From: Candidatus Woykebacteria bacterium
GTDB lineage: Bacteria > Patescibacteriota > Microgenomatia > Woykebacterales > RBG-16-39-9b
Direction: 5' to 3'
Assembly: GCA_040876345.1 (NCBI GenBank)
Contig: JBBDPM010000001.1
Location: 33,619 to 97,618, forward strand
DNA: 64,000 nucleotides
Under the pieces are notes generated by a model that did no database searches, was not told where the DNA came from, and saw nothing but the letters and a program-made list of their open reading frames with translations. The translations under genes and the position numbers were made by a program. This document shows, one piece after another, positions 31,937 through 40,923 of this stretch. The first letter of the stretch is position 1; every line of letters starts with the position of its first letter.

Positions 31937-32188
31937 TCAGATGTTACCAAAAACCTCTTCATGAGTGTAGACCTCGCCTCTTTTGATTTGTTCACGAGCC
32001 TCTTTTATAGACTCAGTAAAGGCTTTACTGTTGACAGCTTCAATGTCTTCGAGTAGATCAAGATTGACCACTCCAGCCACGGGATCACCATTTTTGGTTA
32101 CAATTAGAAAATCGTTTTTCTCATTAACCTCTGCGATGGCAGATGCTAAGTTGTTACGTAATTTTGTAGTCTCAATAGATTTTGGCAT
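31937..32188 (-). CDS. type II antitoxin, Phd/YefM family
   Basis: 83 aa from MPKS...; 4-bp gap to toxin gene. Confidence 0.75.
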   Translation of the reverse strand: MPKSIETTKLRNNLASAIAEVNEKNDFLIVTKNGDPVAGVVNLDLLEDIEAVNSKAFTESIKEAREQIKRGEVYTHEEVFGNI

Positions 32189-32199
32189 AACAAAATTAC

Positions 32200-32218
32200 T
32201 GTACATTAACAATGTACA
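32200..32218. promoter_or_regulatory. palindromic operator TGTACATT-aac-AATGTACA upstream of antitoxin
   Basis: perfect 8-bp inverted repeat 12 bp upstream of antitoxin start. Confidence 0.5.
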
Positions 32219-32256
32219 TAAGTCAAGTGGTTTGGTCGACCTTTTGGAAGCCCGTA

Positions 32257-32295
32257 TTAATTAAGTCTTGACTTAATTAAGTATAAGGTTTATCA
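32257..32295 (+). promoter_or_regulatory. palindrome TTAATTAAGTC-tt-GACTTAATTAA overlapping -35 (TTGACT) of leaderless arsR-type promoter (-10 TATCAT 32290-32295)
   Basis: perfect 11-bp inverted repeat; TTGACT-17-TATCAT then ATG 32303. Confidence 0.5.
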
Positions 32296-32302
32296 TGGGC
32301 TC

Positions 32303-32647
32303 ATGAATGTTTTTTCTGCACTTGCGGATCCAACTCGTCGTAGCATCATTGAGATGCTTGCGGCTAGTGGCCAGTTGACAGCCTCCGATATATACGGTAA
32401 ATTTCAGGTCAGTCATCCCGCTATATCACAGCATCTAAAAGTTCTGCGCGAAGCAAGTTTAGTGCAGGTGGAAAAACGCTCTCAGCAACGAATTTACAAA
32501 GTCAATCCTGATAAGATTTCTGAACTGGAAGAATGGGTCCAAAAAATGAAGCAGAATTGGGACGAGCGTTTTGATAGACTTGATAAACTACTTGCAAAAG
32601 AAAAAAAGAGAGAGGGGGTGAGCTTTCGAAAATATGGCAAAAAATAA
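32303..32647 (+). CDS. ArsR/SmtB-family transcriptional regulator
   Basis: 114 aa; w[15 protein letters not shown]...ISQHLKVL. Confidence 0.85.
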   Translation: MNVFSALADPTRRSIIEMLAASGQLTASDIYGKFQVSHPAISQHLKVLREASLVQVEKRSQQRIYKVNPDKISELEEWVQKMKQNWDERFDRLDKLLAKEKKREGVSFRKYGKK

Positions 32648-33158
32648 GCAAAGCTTACGATCTAGCGAGCTAAAAACAAAAATAGTTGCAGAACCTGGTA
32701 AACAAGAGCTTTTCATTACAAGAGAGCTTGATGCTCCCCGAGATCTTGTCTTTAAAGCATATACCGACCCAAAGCTTTACGTTCAGTGGTTGGGACCAAA
32801 GGGTTATAAAATGCATTTGGAGAAATTTGAACCAAGAAGTGGTGGATCATGGCGATATATTCAAACCGATCCAGAGGGTAATAAATGGGCGTTTCATGGT
32901 GTGATTCATGAGGTTCTTAAACCAGAGCGCATTATCGACACCTTTGAGTTTGAAGGGCTCCCGGAGAAAGGACATGTAATCTTGCAGACAGCAACGTTCG
33001 AGGAATTGCCAGGCGGGAGGACAAAAGTGACCGCCCAAGCAGTTTTTCAGTCTGTGGGAGATCGTGATGGTATGATCCAAAGTGGTATGGAGAAAGGTGT
33101 TAATGAAGGCTTTGTTCGCCTTGATGAAGTTTTAGCAAAATTGAAGGAGAAAAAATAA
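32634..33158 (+). CDS. SRPBCC-superfamily protein (AHSA1/Aha1-like domain)
   Basis: 174 aa; typical ArsR-adjacent AHSA1 pattern. Confidence 0.7.
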   Translation: MAKNKQSLRSSELKTKIVAEPGKQELFITRELDAPRDLVFKAYTDPKLYVQWLGPKGYKMHLEKFEPRSGGSWRYIQTDPEGNKWAFHGVIHEVLKPERIIDTFEFEGLPEKGHVILQTATFEELPGGRTKVTAQAVFQSVGDRDGMIQSGMEKGVNEGFVRLDEVLAKLKEKK

Positions 33159-33665
33159 ATGATGGACAAAAATACACTTGTTATTGAAAGAATTTTTGAC
33201 GCCCCTGTTGAGAGTGTTTGGAAATACTGGACAGACTCTGAGATGCTTAAAAAATGGTGGGGGCCGAAAAATTTCACTGCGCCAGTGGTCAATATTGATT
33301 TTCGTGTTGGGGGAAAATACTTAAGCTGCATGCGTGGAGCGCCAGCCGAAGGCGCACCCGCTCAGGACTTTTGGTCAACTGGAACCTACAAAGAAATCAC
33401 CCCGCTGAAGAAAATTGTCGCAACAGATAGTTTTGCCGATGAAAAGGGCAGTATTGTTCCATCATCTCACTACGGCATGGAAGGTTTCCCAATGGAAATG
33501 CTTGTGACATTTGAATTTGAAGAATATCCGCCAGATGGTGGAGGCAAGACAAAGTTGACATTAACCCACGTGGGTATCGAAAATATTCCTGACGAGGCCC
33601 GTGAGGGTATGGATCAAGGTTGGAATGAAAGCTTTGACAAGATTGAAAGGGCCTTGCAAAAATAA
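33159..33665 (+). CDS. SRPBCC-superfamily protein (AHSA1-like), paralog
   Basis: 168 aa; ERIFDAPVESVWKYWTD N-terminus. Confidence 0.7.
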   Translation: MMDKNTLVIERIFDAPVESVWKYWTDSEMLKKWWGPKNFTAPVVNIDFRVGGKYLSCMRGAPAEGAPAQDFWSTGTYKEITPLKKIVATDSFADEKGSIVPSSHYGMEGFPMEMLVTFEFEEYPPDGGGKTKLTLTHVGIENIPDEAREGMDQGWNESFDKIERALQK

Positions 33666-33697
33666 GATAGTCCGCCAACTGGCGGAGAAAGGAAACT

Positions 33698-34207
33698 ATG
33701 CAAAAAATTACCCCATTCTTGTGGTTTGATAAGAATGCCGAAGAAGCAATAAAGTTTTATATTTCAGTCTTTAATGCCGCTCCATGGGGTGGCAAGAACT
33801 CAAAAATAATACACATCGAACGCTACCCAGAAGGAAAACAGATAGGTTCAATGAAAGATATGGAGGGTAAAGTGCTAACGGCTATATTTGAGCTTGCAGG
33901 TCAAAGATTTATGGCACTTGACGGAGGACCAATACTCAAATTTAACGAATCAATATCCTTTTATGTAGAATGCGCCGATCAAGAGGAGGTGGATTATTTT
34001 TGGGGGAAATTCTCCGCCGTTCCCGAATCCGAACAATGTGGGTGGCTCAAGGATAAATTCAGTCTGTCGTGGCAGATTGTTCCCAAACAACTTGGCGAAC
34101 TACTAACTGGCCCGGATAAAGAAAAGGCCGGAAGAGTAATGGACGCAATGCTGCAAATGAAGAAAATTGATATTGCGGGTTTGGAAAAAGCCTTTGAGGG
34201 AAAATAA
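33698..34207 (+). CDS. VOC-family protein, PhnB/3-demethylubiquinone-9 3-methyltransferase-like domain
   Basis: 169 aa; ITPFLWFDKNAEEA N-terminus. Confidence 0.7.
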   Translation: MQKITPFLWFDKNAEEAIKFYISVFNAAPWGGKNSKIIHIERYPEGKQIGSMKDMEGKVLTAIFELAGQRFMALDGGPILKFNESISFYVECADQEEVDYFWGKFSAVPESEQCGWLKDKFSLSWQIVPKQLGELLTGPDKEKAGRVMDAMLQMKKIDIAGLEKAFEGK

Positions 34208-34809
34208 TGAGAAAAATTGTTGTTCTTACATTTTTAACTCTGGATAGCGTTATGCAAGCTCCTGGTGGCCCGGAGGAAGACACGAGTGGTGGATTCAAGT
34301 ACGGTGGCTGGACAGTCTCCTACTCTGATGATTTTCTTGGCGAAGTGATGACTGAGCAAATGAGCAAACCATTTGAATTATTACTCGGCAGAAAAACATT
34401 TGAGATATTTGCAGACTATTGGCCAGATCATGAAGACGACTGGCCTGGTGTGAATAAAACAACAAAATATGTTGTTTCGCACAATGACATAAAACTTCCT
34501 TGGGAAAATTCGGTTTTAATCAAAGACGACGTTGTTTCCGAAATCAAAAAACTAAAAGAAGAGGACGGTCCAGACCTGCAAGTATACGGCAGTGGCAATC
34601 TCGTTCAGACATTGTTGAAACATGATTTGGTAGACCAGTTTTGGCTCAAAACATTTCCAATAACCCTTGGTTCGGGAAAGCGTTTGTTTGGCGAGGGTAC
34701 TGTCCCTGCCGCTTTTAAACTGCTTGAGTCGAAAACTTCTCCTAACGGTGTCGTCATTGCTAATTACGCCCGAGACGGTGAAGTCAAAAATGGCTCTTTC
34801 GGCAACTGA
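34207..34809 (+). CDS. dihydrofolate reductase-family protein (RibD C-terminal domain type)
   Basis: 200 aa; KIVVLTFLTLDSVMQAPGG...ITLGSGKRLF. Confidence 0.7.
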   Translation: MRKIVVLTFLTLDSVMQAPGGPEEDTSGGFKYGGWTVSYSDDFLGEVMTEQMSKPFELLLGRKTFEIFADYWPDHEDDWPGVNKTTKYVVSHNDIKLPWENSVLIKDDVVSEIKKLKEEDGPDLQVYGSGNLVQTLLKHDLVDQFWLKTFPITLGSGKRLFGEGTVPAAFKLLESKTSPNGVVIANYARDGEVKNGSFGN

Positions 34810-34851
34810 GAAAAAACAAAGGAGCTATCCAATTGGAGGAGGTGAAATTAA

Positions 34852-35259
34852 ATGAAAAAAAGTCCTGTTACCCATTTTGAAATGCCTTACAAAGACGGCA
34901 GGAGAGTCAGCGAATTTTATTCCAAAGTTTTTGGTTGGGGAATGAGCGAAACTGGGGAGGAAATGGGCCATTATATACTGGCAACTACTACCGAAACAGA
35001 CGAGAATCGTATGGTGCAGACTCCAGGAAATATAAACGGCGGCTTCTACGATTTGAAGCAAACTCCCGGTTCGACCGAGCCATCAGTCGTGATCGAAGTT
35101 GAGGATCTTGAGCAAAGCATGGAGTCTATCAAACGCTCTGGTGGTGAAATACTTGGTGAGCCTCAAGATATCCCCGGTGTTGGACTGTGGGTTTCCTTTC
35201 GAGACAGTGAAGGCACTCGGGTCAGTATCTTGCAGCCAAAACAGGAAGGTGGATCATGA
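34852..35259 (+). CDS. VOC-family glyoxalase/bleomycin-resistance-like protein
   Basis: 135 aa; two beta-alpha-beta-beta-beta modules. Confidence 0.65.
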   Translation: MKKSPVTHFEMPYKDGRRVSEFYSKVFGWGMSETGEEMGHYILATTTETDENRMVQTPGNINGGFYDLKQTPGSTEPSVVIEVEDLEQSMESIKRSGGEILGEPQDIPGVGLWVSFRDSEGTRVSILQPKQEGGS

Positions 35260-35708
35260 AAAAACTTCATTACTAAATCAAGATAATTGCTCCGGCGGAA
35301 AAAGTCTGGGATAGTATGCTTTCTGATCAAACTTTTCGCGAGTGGACCAAGACGTTTAGTCCTGATCCACATTTCGTAGGTAGTTGGGAGGAGGATTCTG
35401 AAATCCGCTTTTTGGGCTCTGATCCCAAGACTGGTGAGCAGGGCGGAATGTTTAGTCGGATCAGGGAGAATAAAAAATATGAGTATCTGTCTATAGAACA
35501 TCAGGTAATTATTGAGAATGGCCAGGTGGATACGACAAGCGAAAAAGCCAAGAAATGGGCACCATCATACGAAAACTACACTTTCAAAGAAGAGAATGGT
35601 AGCATAGAAGTTACAGTTGATGTAGACGTTGATGAAGAAATTATTTCTGATTTTGAAAAAATGTGGCCCGCTGCCCTAGCAAAATTAAAAGAAATATCCG
35701 AAAAATAA
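35256..35708 (+). pseudogene. SRPBCC-family gene with in-frame TAA at codon 7 (35274-35276); downstream ORF 35316..35708 intact
   Basis: ATGA-coupled start at 35256 gives MKKLHY*IKIIAPAEKVWDSML..., matching SRPBCC N-termini except for the stop. Confidence 0.55.
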
Positions 35709-36082
35709 TGGACAGTAGAAAAGCAAAAGACATCGATGAATATATAAGTGCCTTTTCCAAGGATCTACGGACTATCCTGCAACAAGTTAGACAAACTATT
35801 CAAAAAGCAGCCCCAGAAGCCAAAGAAAAAATTGGTTATGGTATTCCAACCTTTACCTTTCATGGCAATTTAGTCCATTTTGCTGCCTTTGAACATCATA
35901 TCGGTTTTTACCCCGCCCCATCAGCTATAGTCACTTTCAAGAAAGAGCTCGCTCCCTACAAACAAGCCAAAGGCTCAGTCCAGTTCCCCCTGGATAAACC
36001 AATCCCGTTTGATTTGATAACTAAAATGGTGAGGTACAGAGTGGAAGAAAACTCCGAGCGAAAGAGTGGCTATTTAAAATAA
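35708..36082 (+). CDS. DUF1801 (YdhG-like) domain protein
   Basis: start MDSRKAKDIDEYISAF...; DUF1801 pattern. Confidence 0.6.
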   Translation: MDSRKAKDIDEYISAFSKDLRTILQQVRQTIQKAAPEAKEKIGYGIPTFTFHGNLVHFAAFEHHIGFYPAPSAIVTFKKELAPYKQAKGSVQFPLDKPIPFDLITKMVRYRVEENSERKSGYLK

Positions 36083-36126
36083 CTAACTTCATTGCTTTTA
36101 CAGCAGTGATCAAATAAACTTTTCTT

Positions 36127-36594
36127 ATGAGTTCCGGAGAGTCTGAAGGTTTTCCAACAGAGGGAATGGAGACCGAAATCCCCCAAGAAACAGCTGAACC
36201 AGTTACTGACAGCGAACGACTTAGACAGGGGGAATCTGTACAGTTAACTGGCGGTAATATCAAAACTGTTTATCGAGAAGTAAACACAGGCCAGCCCCCG
36301 TTTCAAGCAAAATTTATTCGTGATGGAGATAATATTTGGATAGGTCCTCTGGGTAAAAATCATGATGAAATAGCCAAGGATATAGGTTTAAGAAATCCTG
36401 TCGATGCGGGGTTTTTTGACACCGTCTCTGGTAGGGATACTGTTTCATTATTGGGTGTCTCCCAAGGATATGAGTTACCCCAAAACCTTGGAGATAGAAG
36501 AAGAACAATCGAACTTATGAGAGAAATGGTGAAAGGTCAAAGCCTGCGTGTTGATGATAGCCGGAGCTTTGAAAATCTAGTTTATCTAAAGTAA
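36127..36594 (+). CDS. hypothetical protein
   Basis: 155-aa ORF. Confidence 0.4.
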   Translation: MSSGESEGFPTEGMETEIPQETAEPVTDSERLRQGESVQLTGGNIKTVYREVNTGQPPFQAKFIRDGDNIWIGPLGKNHDEIAKDIGLRNPVDAGFFDTVSGRDTVSLLGVSQGYELPQNLGDRRRTIELMREMVKGQSLRVDDSRSFENLVYLK

Positions 36595-36603
36595 TTCACT
36601 CCA

Positions 36604-36819
36604 ATGAAACAAGAACACATTAAATATCACAAAGACGGGAGCATTTGGGCCAAGGGCCAATTAGTTGTTGGGGTGATGGAGGGATATTGGGAATGGTTCC
36701 GTAAGGAAGGCACCAAAATGCGTTCAGGACATTTTGAAAAAGGAAAGCAAACCGGCGAATGGATCACGTACGACAAGAATGGTGATGTGTACAAGAAAAC
36801 TTTGATAAGTAAAGAATAA
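36604..36819 (+). CDS. MORN-repeat/YwqK-like small protein
   Basis: 71 aa; repeated G-x-W-x-x-Y-x-x-N-G-like units. Confidence 0.45.
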   Translation: MKQEHIKYHKDGSIWAKGQLVVGVMEGYWEWFRKEGTKMRSGHFEKGKQTGEWITYDKNGDVYKKTLISKE

Positions 36820-36821
36820 AA

Positions 36822-37199
36822 ATGAATTTACAGGATTGGGCAATAATTTCTGATATATTCAACAAGGTAGCTATAGGTATAGCAGCATTAATTACGGCTT
36901 ATTTTGGAAGTGCTTATTTTATAGAAGAGCTATCTAGAAAAAGAAGCATAGAGTACTACAGAAAAAAATACCCACCAGAAAAATACAAAAAAACGTTCAA
37001 AATAATTGAGAGCGAAAAAGACCGAGGGGCAATATTTCTTTTAGATTTAGAAAGTCTGCATAAGCATCACATTTGGAATATGAAAACCGTTTATGATTTG
37101 GGTTGGCAGCTTTATGAACGAGAAGCGTTACCAAAGGAAAAATTTCTTTCATATTTACTCGGAGACCCCATCCGTACTAGAGGGGATTTGGGTGAGTAA
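36822..37199 (+). CDS. hypothetical membrane-associated protein
   Basis: 125-aa ORF with N-terminal TM. Confidence 0.4.
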   Translation: MNLQDWAIISDIFNKVAIGIAALITAYFGSAYFIEELSRKRSIEYYRKKYPPEKYKKTFKIIESEKDRGAIFLLDLESLHKHHIWNMKTVYDLGWQLYEREALPKEKFLSYLLGDPIRTRGDLGE

Positions 37200-37308
37200 G
37201 GTTTGAAAGGAGAACTAAATGAGAAAAATTGTTATGTTTAATCCGGTGTCAGGTGACGAGCCTAAAACTTTGGCCAATCCTTTTGGACGATTTGAGGAAC
37301 CCCAAGTG

Positions 37309-37533
37309 CTATAGTTGCAGAAGTTTTAAAACCTCATACACTAAAACTGCTGGCCAAAAGATAGCCTTTACAATTCCCAGTATTACAGCCCAAAAAGAAT
37401 CAGCTCTCTGTAAGAAATAAACGAGAGCTCCGATAATACCCAAACCATAAATAGCCCCCGAACCGCCGTTGTTCACTACCTTCTCGACATGTTGATATTT
37501 GAATAAACTATCTCCGTTTGCCAAAGCAACCAC
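37309..37533 (-). CDS. small hypothetical membrane protein (GTG or internal TTG start)
   Basis: 74-aa ORF, 2 TM; SD AAAGGAGG upstream. Confidence 0.4.
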   Translation of the reverse strand: MVALANGDSLFKYQHVEKVVNNGGSGAIYGLGIIGALVYFLQRADSFWAVILGIVKAIFWPAVLVYEVLKLLQL

Positions 37534-37552
37534 CTCCTTTACTTCAAATAAT

Positions 37553-37571
37553 ACACCAAAAATGCTAGAAT
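37553..37571 (+). promoter_or_regulatory. copy of conserved promoter module ACACCAAAAATGCTAGAAT, oriented toward tRNA-Pro
   Basis: identical to module upstream of cassette genes; ~85 nt upstream of tRNA. Confidence 0.45.
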
Positions 37572-37655
37572 ATCACTATAAAGACGATCGAAGCTGCGGG
37601 GAGTAGTATAAGCAGAGCTTGAATTTTGCTTAGCAAAAAGTAGTGGTAATAATAG

Positions 37656-37730
37656 CGGGGTGTAGTTCATTGGTAGAACGCGGGGCTGGGGGTCCTGATG
37701 CAGGAGGTTCGATTCCTCTCACCCCGACCA
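37656..37730 (+). tRNA. tRNA-Pro (anticodon GGG), CCA encoded
   Basis: hand fold: 7-bp acceptor CGGGGTG/CACCCCG, D-arm GTTC/GAAC, anticodon loop CTGGGGG, T-arm GGAGG-TTCGATT-CCTCT, discriminator A, CCA. Confidence 0.85.
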
Positions 37731-37800
37731 AGGCTATTGATTTCGGAACGTCTTCAAACCCTCAGGAGAATCGAACCTCAAAACGAACTTGACAAAAGTT
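37727..37800 (+). repeat. repeat copy 1 (3' module only, fused to tRNA-Pro 3' end)
   Basis: CCGACCAAGGCTATTGATTTCGGAAC...GAGAATCGAACCTC aligns with 3' half of other copies. Confidence 0.6.
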
Positions 37801-37826
37801 TGAGCGATAGTTAATCTTTAAATAGA

Positions 37827-38150
37827 GTGAGACGCCTACTTATCTACACCGTCTTTTTAGTAATTGCAGTCGTTATTACAGTTGCCACAACAGTTCTTCA
37901 ATCAAGACCATATCCTACACAACAAATACCAGACGCAGATTTTCTATATGTCTCTGGTTACCCATTACATTACTTAATTACTGGCTTTGCTGGGTTTGAA
38001 GAAAAACTTCAGTTCCCCAACCCAAATTTTGCTTGGAAAACTGAAATACTTTGGGGTCATTTGGCTATAGACATTCTTTTCTGGTTCCTAATAATAGTTA
38101 TGCTAGCCAAAGCTTGGGACTTGGTGAAACAGAGCGAAAAGAAATCCTAA
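37827..38150 (+). CDS. hypothetical membrane protein (GTG start)
   Basis: 107 aa, 3 TM. Confidence 0.45.
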   Translation: MRRLLIYTVFLVIAVVITVATTVLQSRPYPTQQIPDADFLYVSGYPLHYLITGFAGFEEKLQFPNPNFAWKTEILWGHLAIDILFWFLIIVMLAKAWDLVKQSEKKS

Positions 38151-38164
38151 CCTGCAAAGTTTAA

Positions 38165-38305
38165 AAATCTCCCTAAATTTGTAATACTAAAATCAAATGA
38201 GTTCATCTGAATCCAGAGGTTCCTGATATCGTCCAACAAGGCCGACCAATATTTTTGAACCTAACACACCCTTTGACCCTAAAATTCAATCGAACTTAAC
38301 CCGGC
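38165..38305 (+). repeat. repeat copy 2
   Basis: ...GAGTTCATCTGAATCCAGAGGTTCCTGATATCGTCCAACAAGGCCGACCAAT + 3' module. Confidence 0.7.
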
Positions 38306-39221
38306 CAAACTTTCAGGTTTTCAGCGTAATCTTTCATTGCTTTTTCAATTGTGAATTCTGGAAAATAATTAAGCTCTGCCTCAGCCTTTGATATATCAAG
38401 TGGGGTGGTTCGTACGGACTGAACTCTTTCTTCACCTAAATCTATGTCAGTTAACTTAACCTCTATGTTAAAGAGGTTCTTCGCACTACGAGCAATGTCT
38501 TCATAAGAAGTTAGTGTCCCAGCACCAACGTTAAAATTTTTTTTTTAATACTTGAACTAGTCACCGCATTTATTATTGCCACTGCTAAGTCTTTCACGTA
38601 AAGTTGCTCACTTTTTTCTGCAAACGGTACTGCCATTTCAAACTCTTTTCCTTCTATTCCAGCTTTTACAATATCGCGGATAATCTCGTTAAAAGTGGAA
38701 GCAGAACCAAGCCAAGGGCCGTAAACTGAAGTTAAACGTAAAATAACTGCTTTGTCGTAAGGTGTTATAAGTTTTTCTGCTTTTAGTTTTGTCTGTGCAT
38801 ATAAAGTTTTTGGTTCTAAGTGAGTTTCTTCCGTAATTGAGGTAGCTGACTCCAAAGCAGTGCCATAAATTGAGTCTGAACTTGTGTAAACTAAAGGAAT
38901 ATTCGCTTGAGAAGATACTTCGACGACTAATTTCGTCCCTTCGACATTAACCAAACTACCTCGAACAGGGTCTGCTTTTACTGCTCTTTGTCTCAGTGCT
39001 GCCGTATGAACAATAACATCAGGAACAAAATCTTTAACTGCTTTTTCAAAATCTTTTTTGTCGGTTATATCTCCAACAATAACTTTATAACTATTCCAAA
39101 CACTTTTAATAGACTTTTCATCAGGATTTACTTCAAAAAGAATTGGAGAAAATCCTTGTTTTTCCGCTTCTAACGCTGAATAAGTTCCGGCTAAACCGCC
39201 ACCGGTAATTAGTACCTTCAT
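38296..39221 (-). pseudogene. NAD-dependent epimerase/dehydratase (UDP-glucose 4-epimerase-like) interrupted by a 1-nt frameshift in a T10/A10 homopolymer (38537-38546)
   Basis: ORF 38511..39221 (MKVLITGGG...) stops at ...IKKKILTLVLGH*; the C-terminal third (NFNVGAGTLTSYEDIA...KAEAELNYFP...) continues in the +1 frame to 38296; 11 As would restore the frame. Confidence 0.6.
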
Positions 39222-39258
39222 AGCTGTCATTCTAACAGCTTTGTTGTAATATAAAAAA

Positions 39259-40284
39259 GTGAACAAAGCATTTATCTATGGAGCAAGAACCTTAGAAAAA
39301 TATACTGATAGAATATTGGTAAAAGGTTTAAAGAATAATTCTTGGGAAATTTCAGAAGAAGCAGAAAATATCGTTTATCAAATCCACGGAGCACCTCAGT
39401 CAGAGGAAGACGACAAGTTAATTCTTGATAATATTAAGCGAAATATTGTTAAAAACGATTCAACCAAGAGAATTATTCTTGTCCACCGTCCCGATGAAAT
39501 ACAACTTCGATTTCCAGAATTAAAAGATATTTTACAAACAGCTCAGAAACCAATCGGACTCACTTTTTTGGGAGATATGCATGTTAATGACAGTTTCTTT
39601 GGTGCTGAAAACCTAATAAAAAGAGTTATTCCCCACGGGTTTTTCGCAATTTCAGAAAAATTACAAATAGAACCATTAGTCGTCGGCAGTCACACTACTT
39701 GGGGAGAAATGCGATCTATCGAGCACATTTTTAAACTTCTAGTCGAAGTGTTCAGGAAAAATAGTTCTATCATCGGTTATGTTGGTGGTAAACCAAAAGA
39801 CCAATTAGAAGAAGGTTACCTAAAAACTGAATGGGCAAAATTAAACCCCAATGTTCAAGCAACATTCTTTGATGCCCATAAAGATAACTTCGACCTATCG
39901 AAGAAAAATGTAATTTTTGTTGATTCAGACAATGTTGAGCCCGAAAACTTTGGTTTATCGTTTAATGTCCAGATGTATTACTTGAATGACTCAGTAAGAA
40001 CTGGGGAAAGTTCAGGTTCTGTTCATTCTAGTGTTGGTGTACCAGTTATTCTGGAAATGAATGGTTCTGAAATTATCGAAGATGTGAAAGTAATAAAAGT
40101 CCCTTACAGTTCAAAAGAAGATATACACTCGATTGATTTTAAAGCTGGAGCAGACTTGATACTTAAATCGATTGAAGATAGTAGTTATCAGGAAATGCTA
40201 AAACACAATTTAGAGCAATCCAAGAAATTTAATTCTACTTTTGTTGGTAGTGAGTACGTTAAATTGTTTCAAGAGTTGGGTTAA
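39259..40284 (+). CDS. hypothetical protein (GTG start)
   Basis: 341-aa ORF. Confidence 0.45.
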   Translation: MNKAFIYGARTLEKYTDRILVKGLKNNSWEISEEAENIVYQIHGAPQSEEDDKLILDNIKRNIVKNDSTKRIILVHRPDEIQLRFPELKDILQTAQKPIGLTFLGDMHVNDSFFGAENLIKRVIPHGFFAISEKLQIEPLVVGSHTTWGEMRSIEHIFKLLVEVFRKNSSIIGYVGGKPKDQLEEGYLKTEWAKLNPNVQATFFDAHKDNFDLSKKNVIFVDSDNVEPENFGLSFNVQMYYLNDSVRTGESSGSVHSSVGVPVILEMNGSEIIEDVKVIKVPYSSKEDIHSIDFKAGADLILKSIEDSSYQEMLKHNLEQSKKFNSTFVGSEYVKLFQELG

Positions 40285-40286
40285 AA

Positions 40287-40437
40287 AACCTAGTTAAGTT
40301 TGTTGAGCTAAAGTTGAAGGAGTTTATCTGAGGCCAGAGGTTCCTGATATCGCCTGCCACGCATAGTTTCAACGAAGTGTGGTCCAACAAGGCCGACCAA
40401 TGTTTTTTGAACCTAAAATTTTATCGGGCCTCTGAGG
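40287..40437 (+). repeat. repeat copy 3, with 30-bp insertion (40353-40382) inside 5' module
   Basis: TGAGGCCAGAGGTTCCTGATATCG[ins]TCCAACAAGGCCGACCAAT...GGGCCTCTGAGGC. Confidence 0.7.
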
Positions 40438-40443
40438 CAAAAG

Positions 40444-40923
40444 TTATGCGTCTTTGAGATTTTCTAAAACTTTTTTAACATCTCCGGTAATCATTACCCA
40501 ATTTTCTATTTCTTCAAACCCAAGCTTTTGGTACCATTTTAATGGGTGTTCGTGTACCCGATGAGTATAAGTATCCCAAGTCACTACTCCATATTTTTCT
40601 TGAGCTTCGGTAAAGAGCTGTTTTATTAACTTCTTTCCCAAGCCTAAATGTTGATAACTCGGATGAATAAATAACTCCCCTTCAATTAAGTGATTGCCAT
40701 CCCACCAAGGGCGAACGCTTGCAACGATTGCTCCTACTGCTTTTCCGTCTACTTCCAAAACAAAAAATAAATCAGACTGGTCTTCAAACATATATTTCAT
40801 TAACTCTAAAGCACTAGAAACATCCCAAGTCTCACCAATATCAATAGAGTTATAAGCTTCTATATAAACTTGGGCTAAAGTTTTTAGGTCTTCTTCTTTT
40901 GCTAGTCTAAAATTAGTATTCAT
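40444..40923 (-). CDS. GNAT-family N-acetyltransferase
   Basis: acetyl-CoA-binding motif region QHLGLGKKLI; start MNTNF at second ATG of promoter module. Confidence 0.75.
   Translation of the reverse strand: MNTNFRLAKEEDLKTLAQVYIEAYNSIDIGETWDVSSALELMKYMFEDQSDLFFVLEVDGKAVGAIVASVRPWWDGNHLIEGELFIHPSYQHLGLGKKLIKQLFTEAQEKYGVVTWDTYTHRVHEHPLKWYQKLGFEEIENWVMITGDVKKVLENLKDA

Noticed and set aside
35099-35314. 71-aa ORF overlapping the VOC/SRPBCC junction
   Set aside because: Out-of-frame overlap of two recognisable genes, with no support.
37229-37420. 63-aa ORF on + strand
   Set aside because: Overlaps the 3' end of the minus-strand gene and consists largely of an inverted repeat fragment, so likely non-coding.
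37731-37810. Possible second tRNA on the minus strand (GGTTCGATTC T-loop-like motif)
   Set aside because: Only a 4-bp T-stem forms and no complementary 5' acceptor strand exists. The sequence aligns with the 3' module of the intergenic repeat instead.
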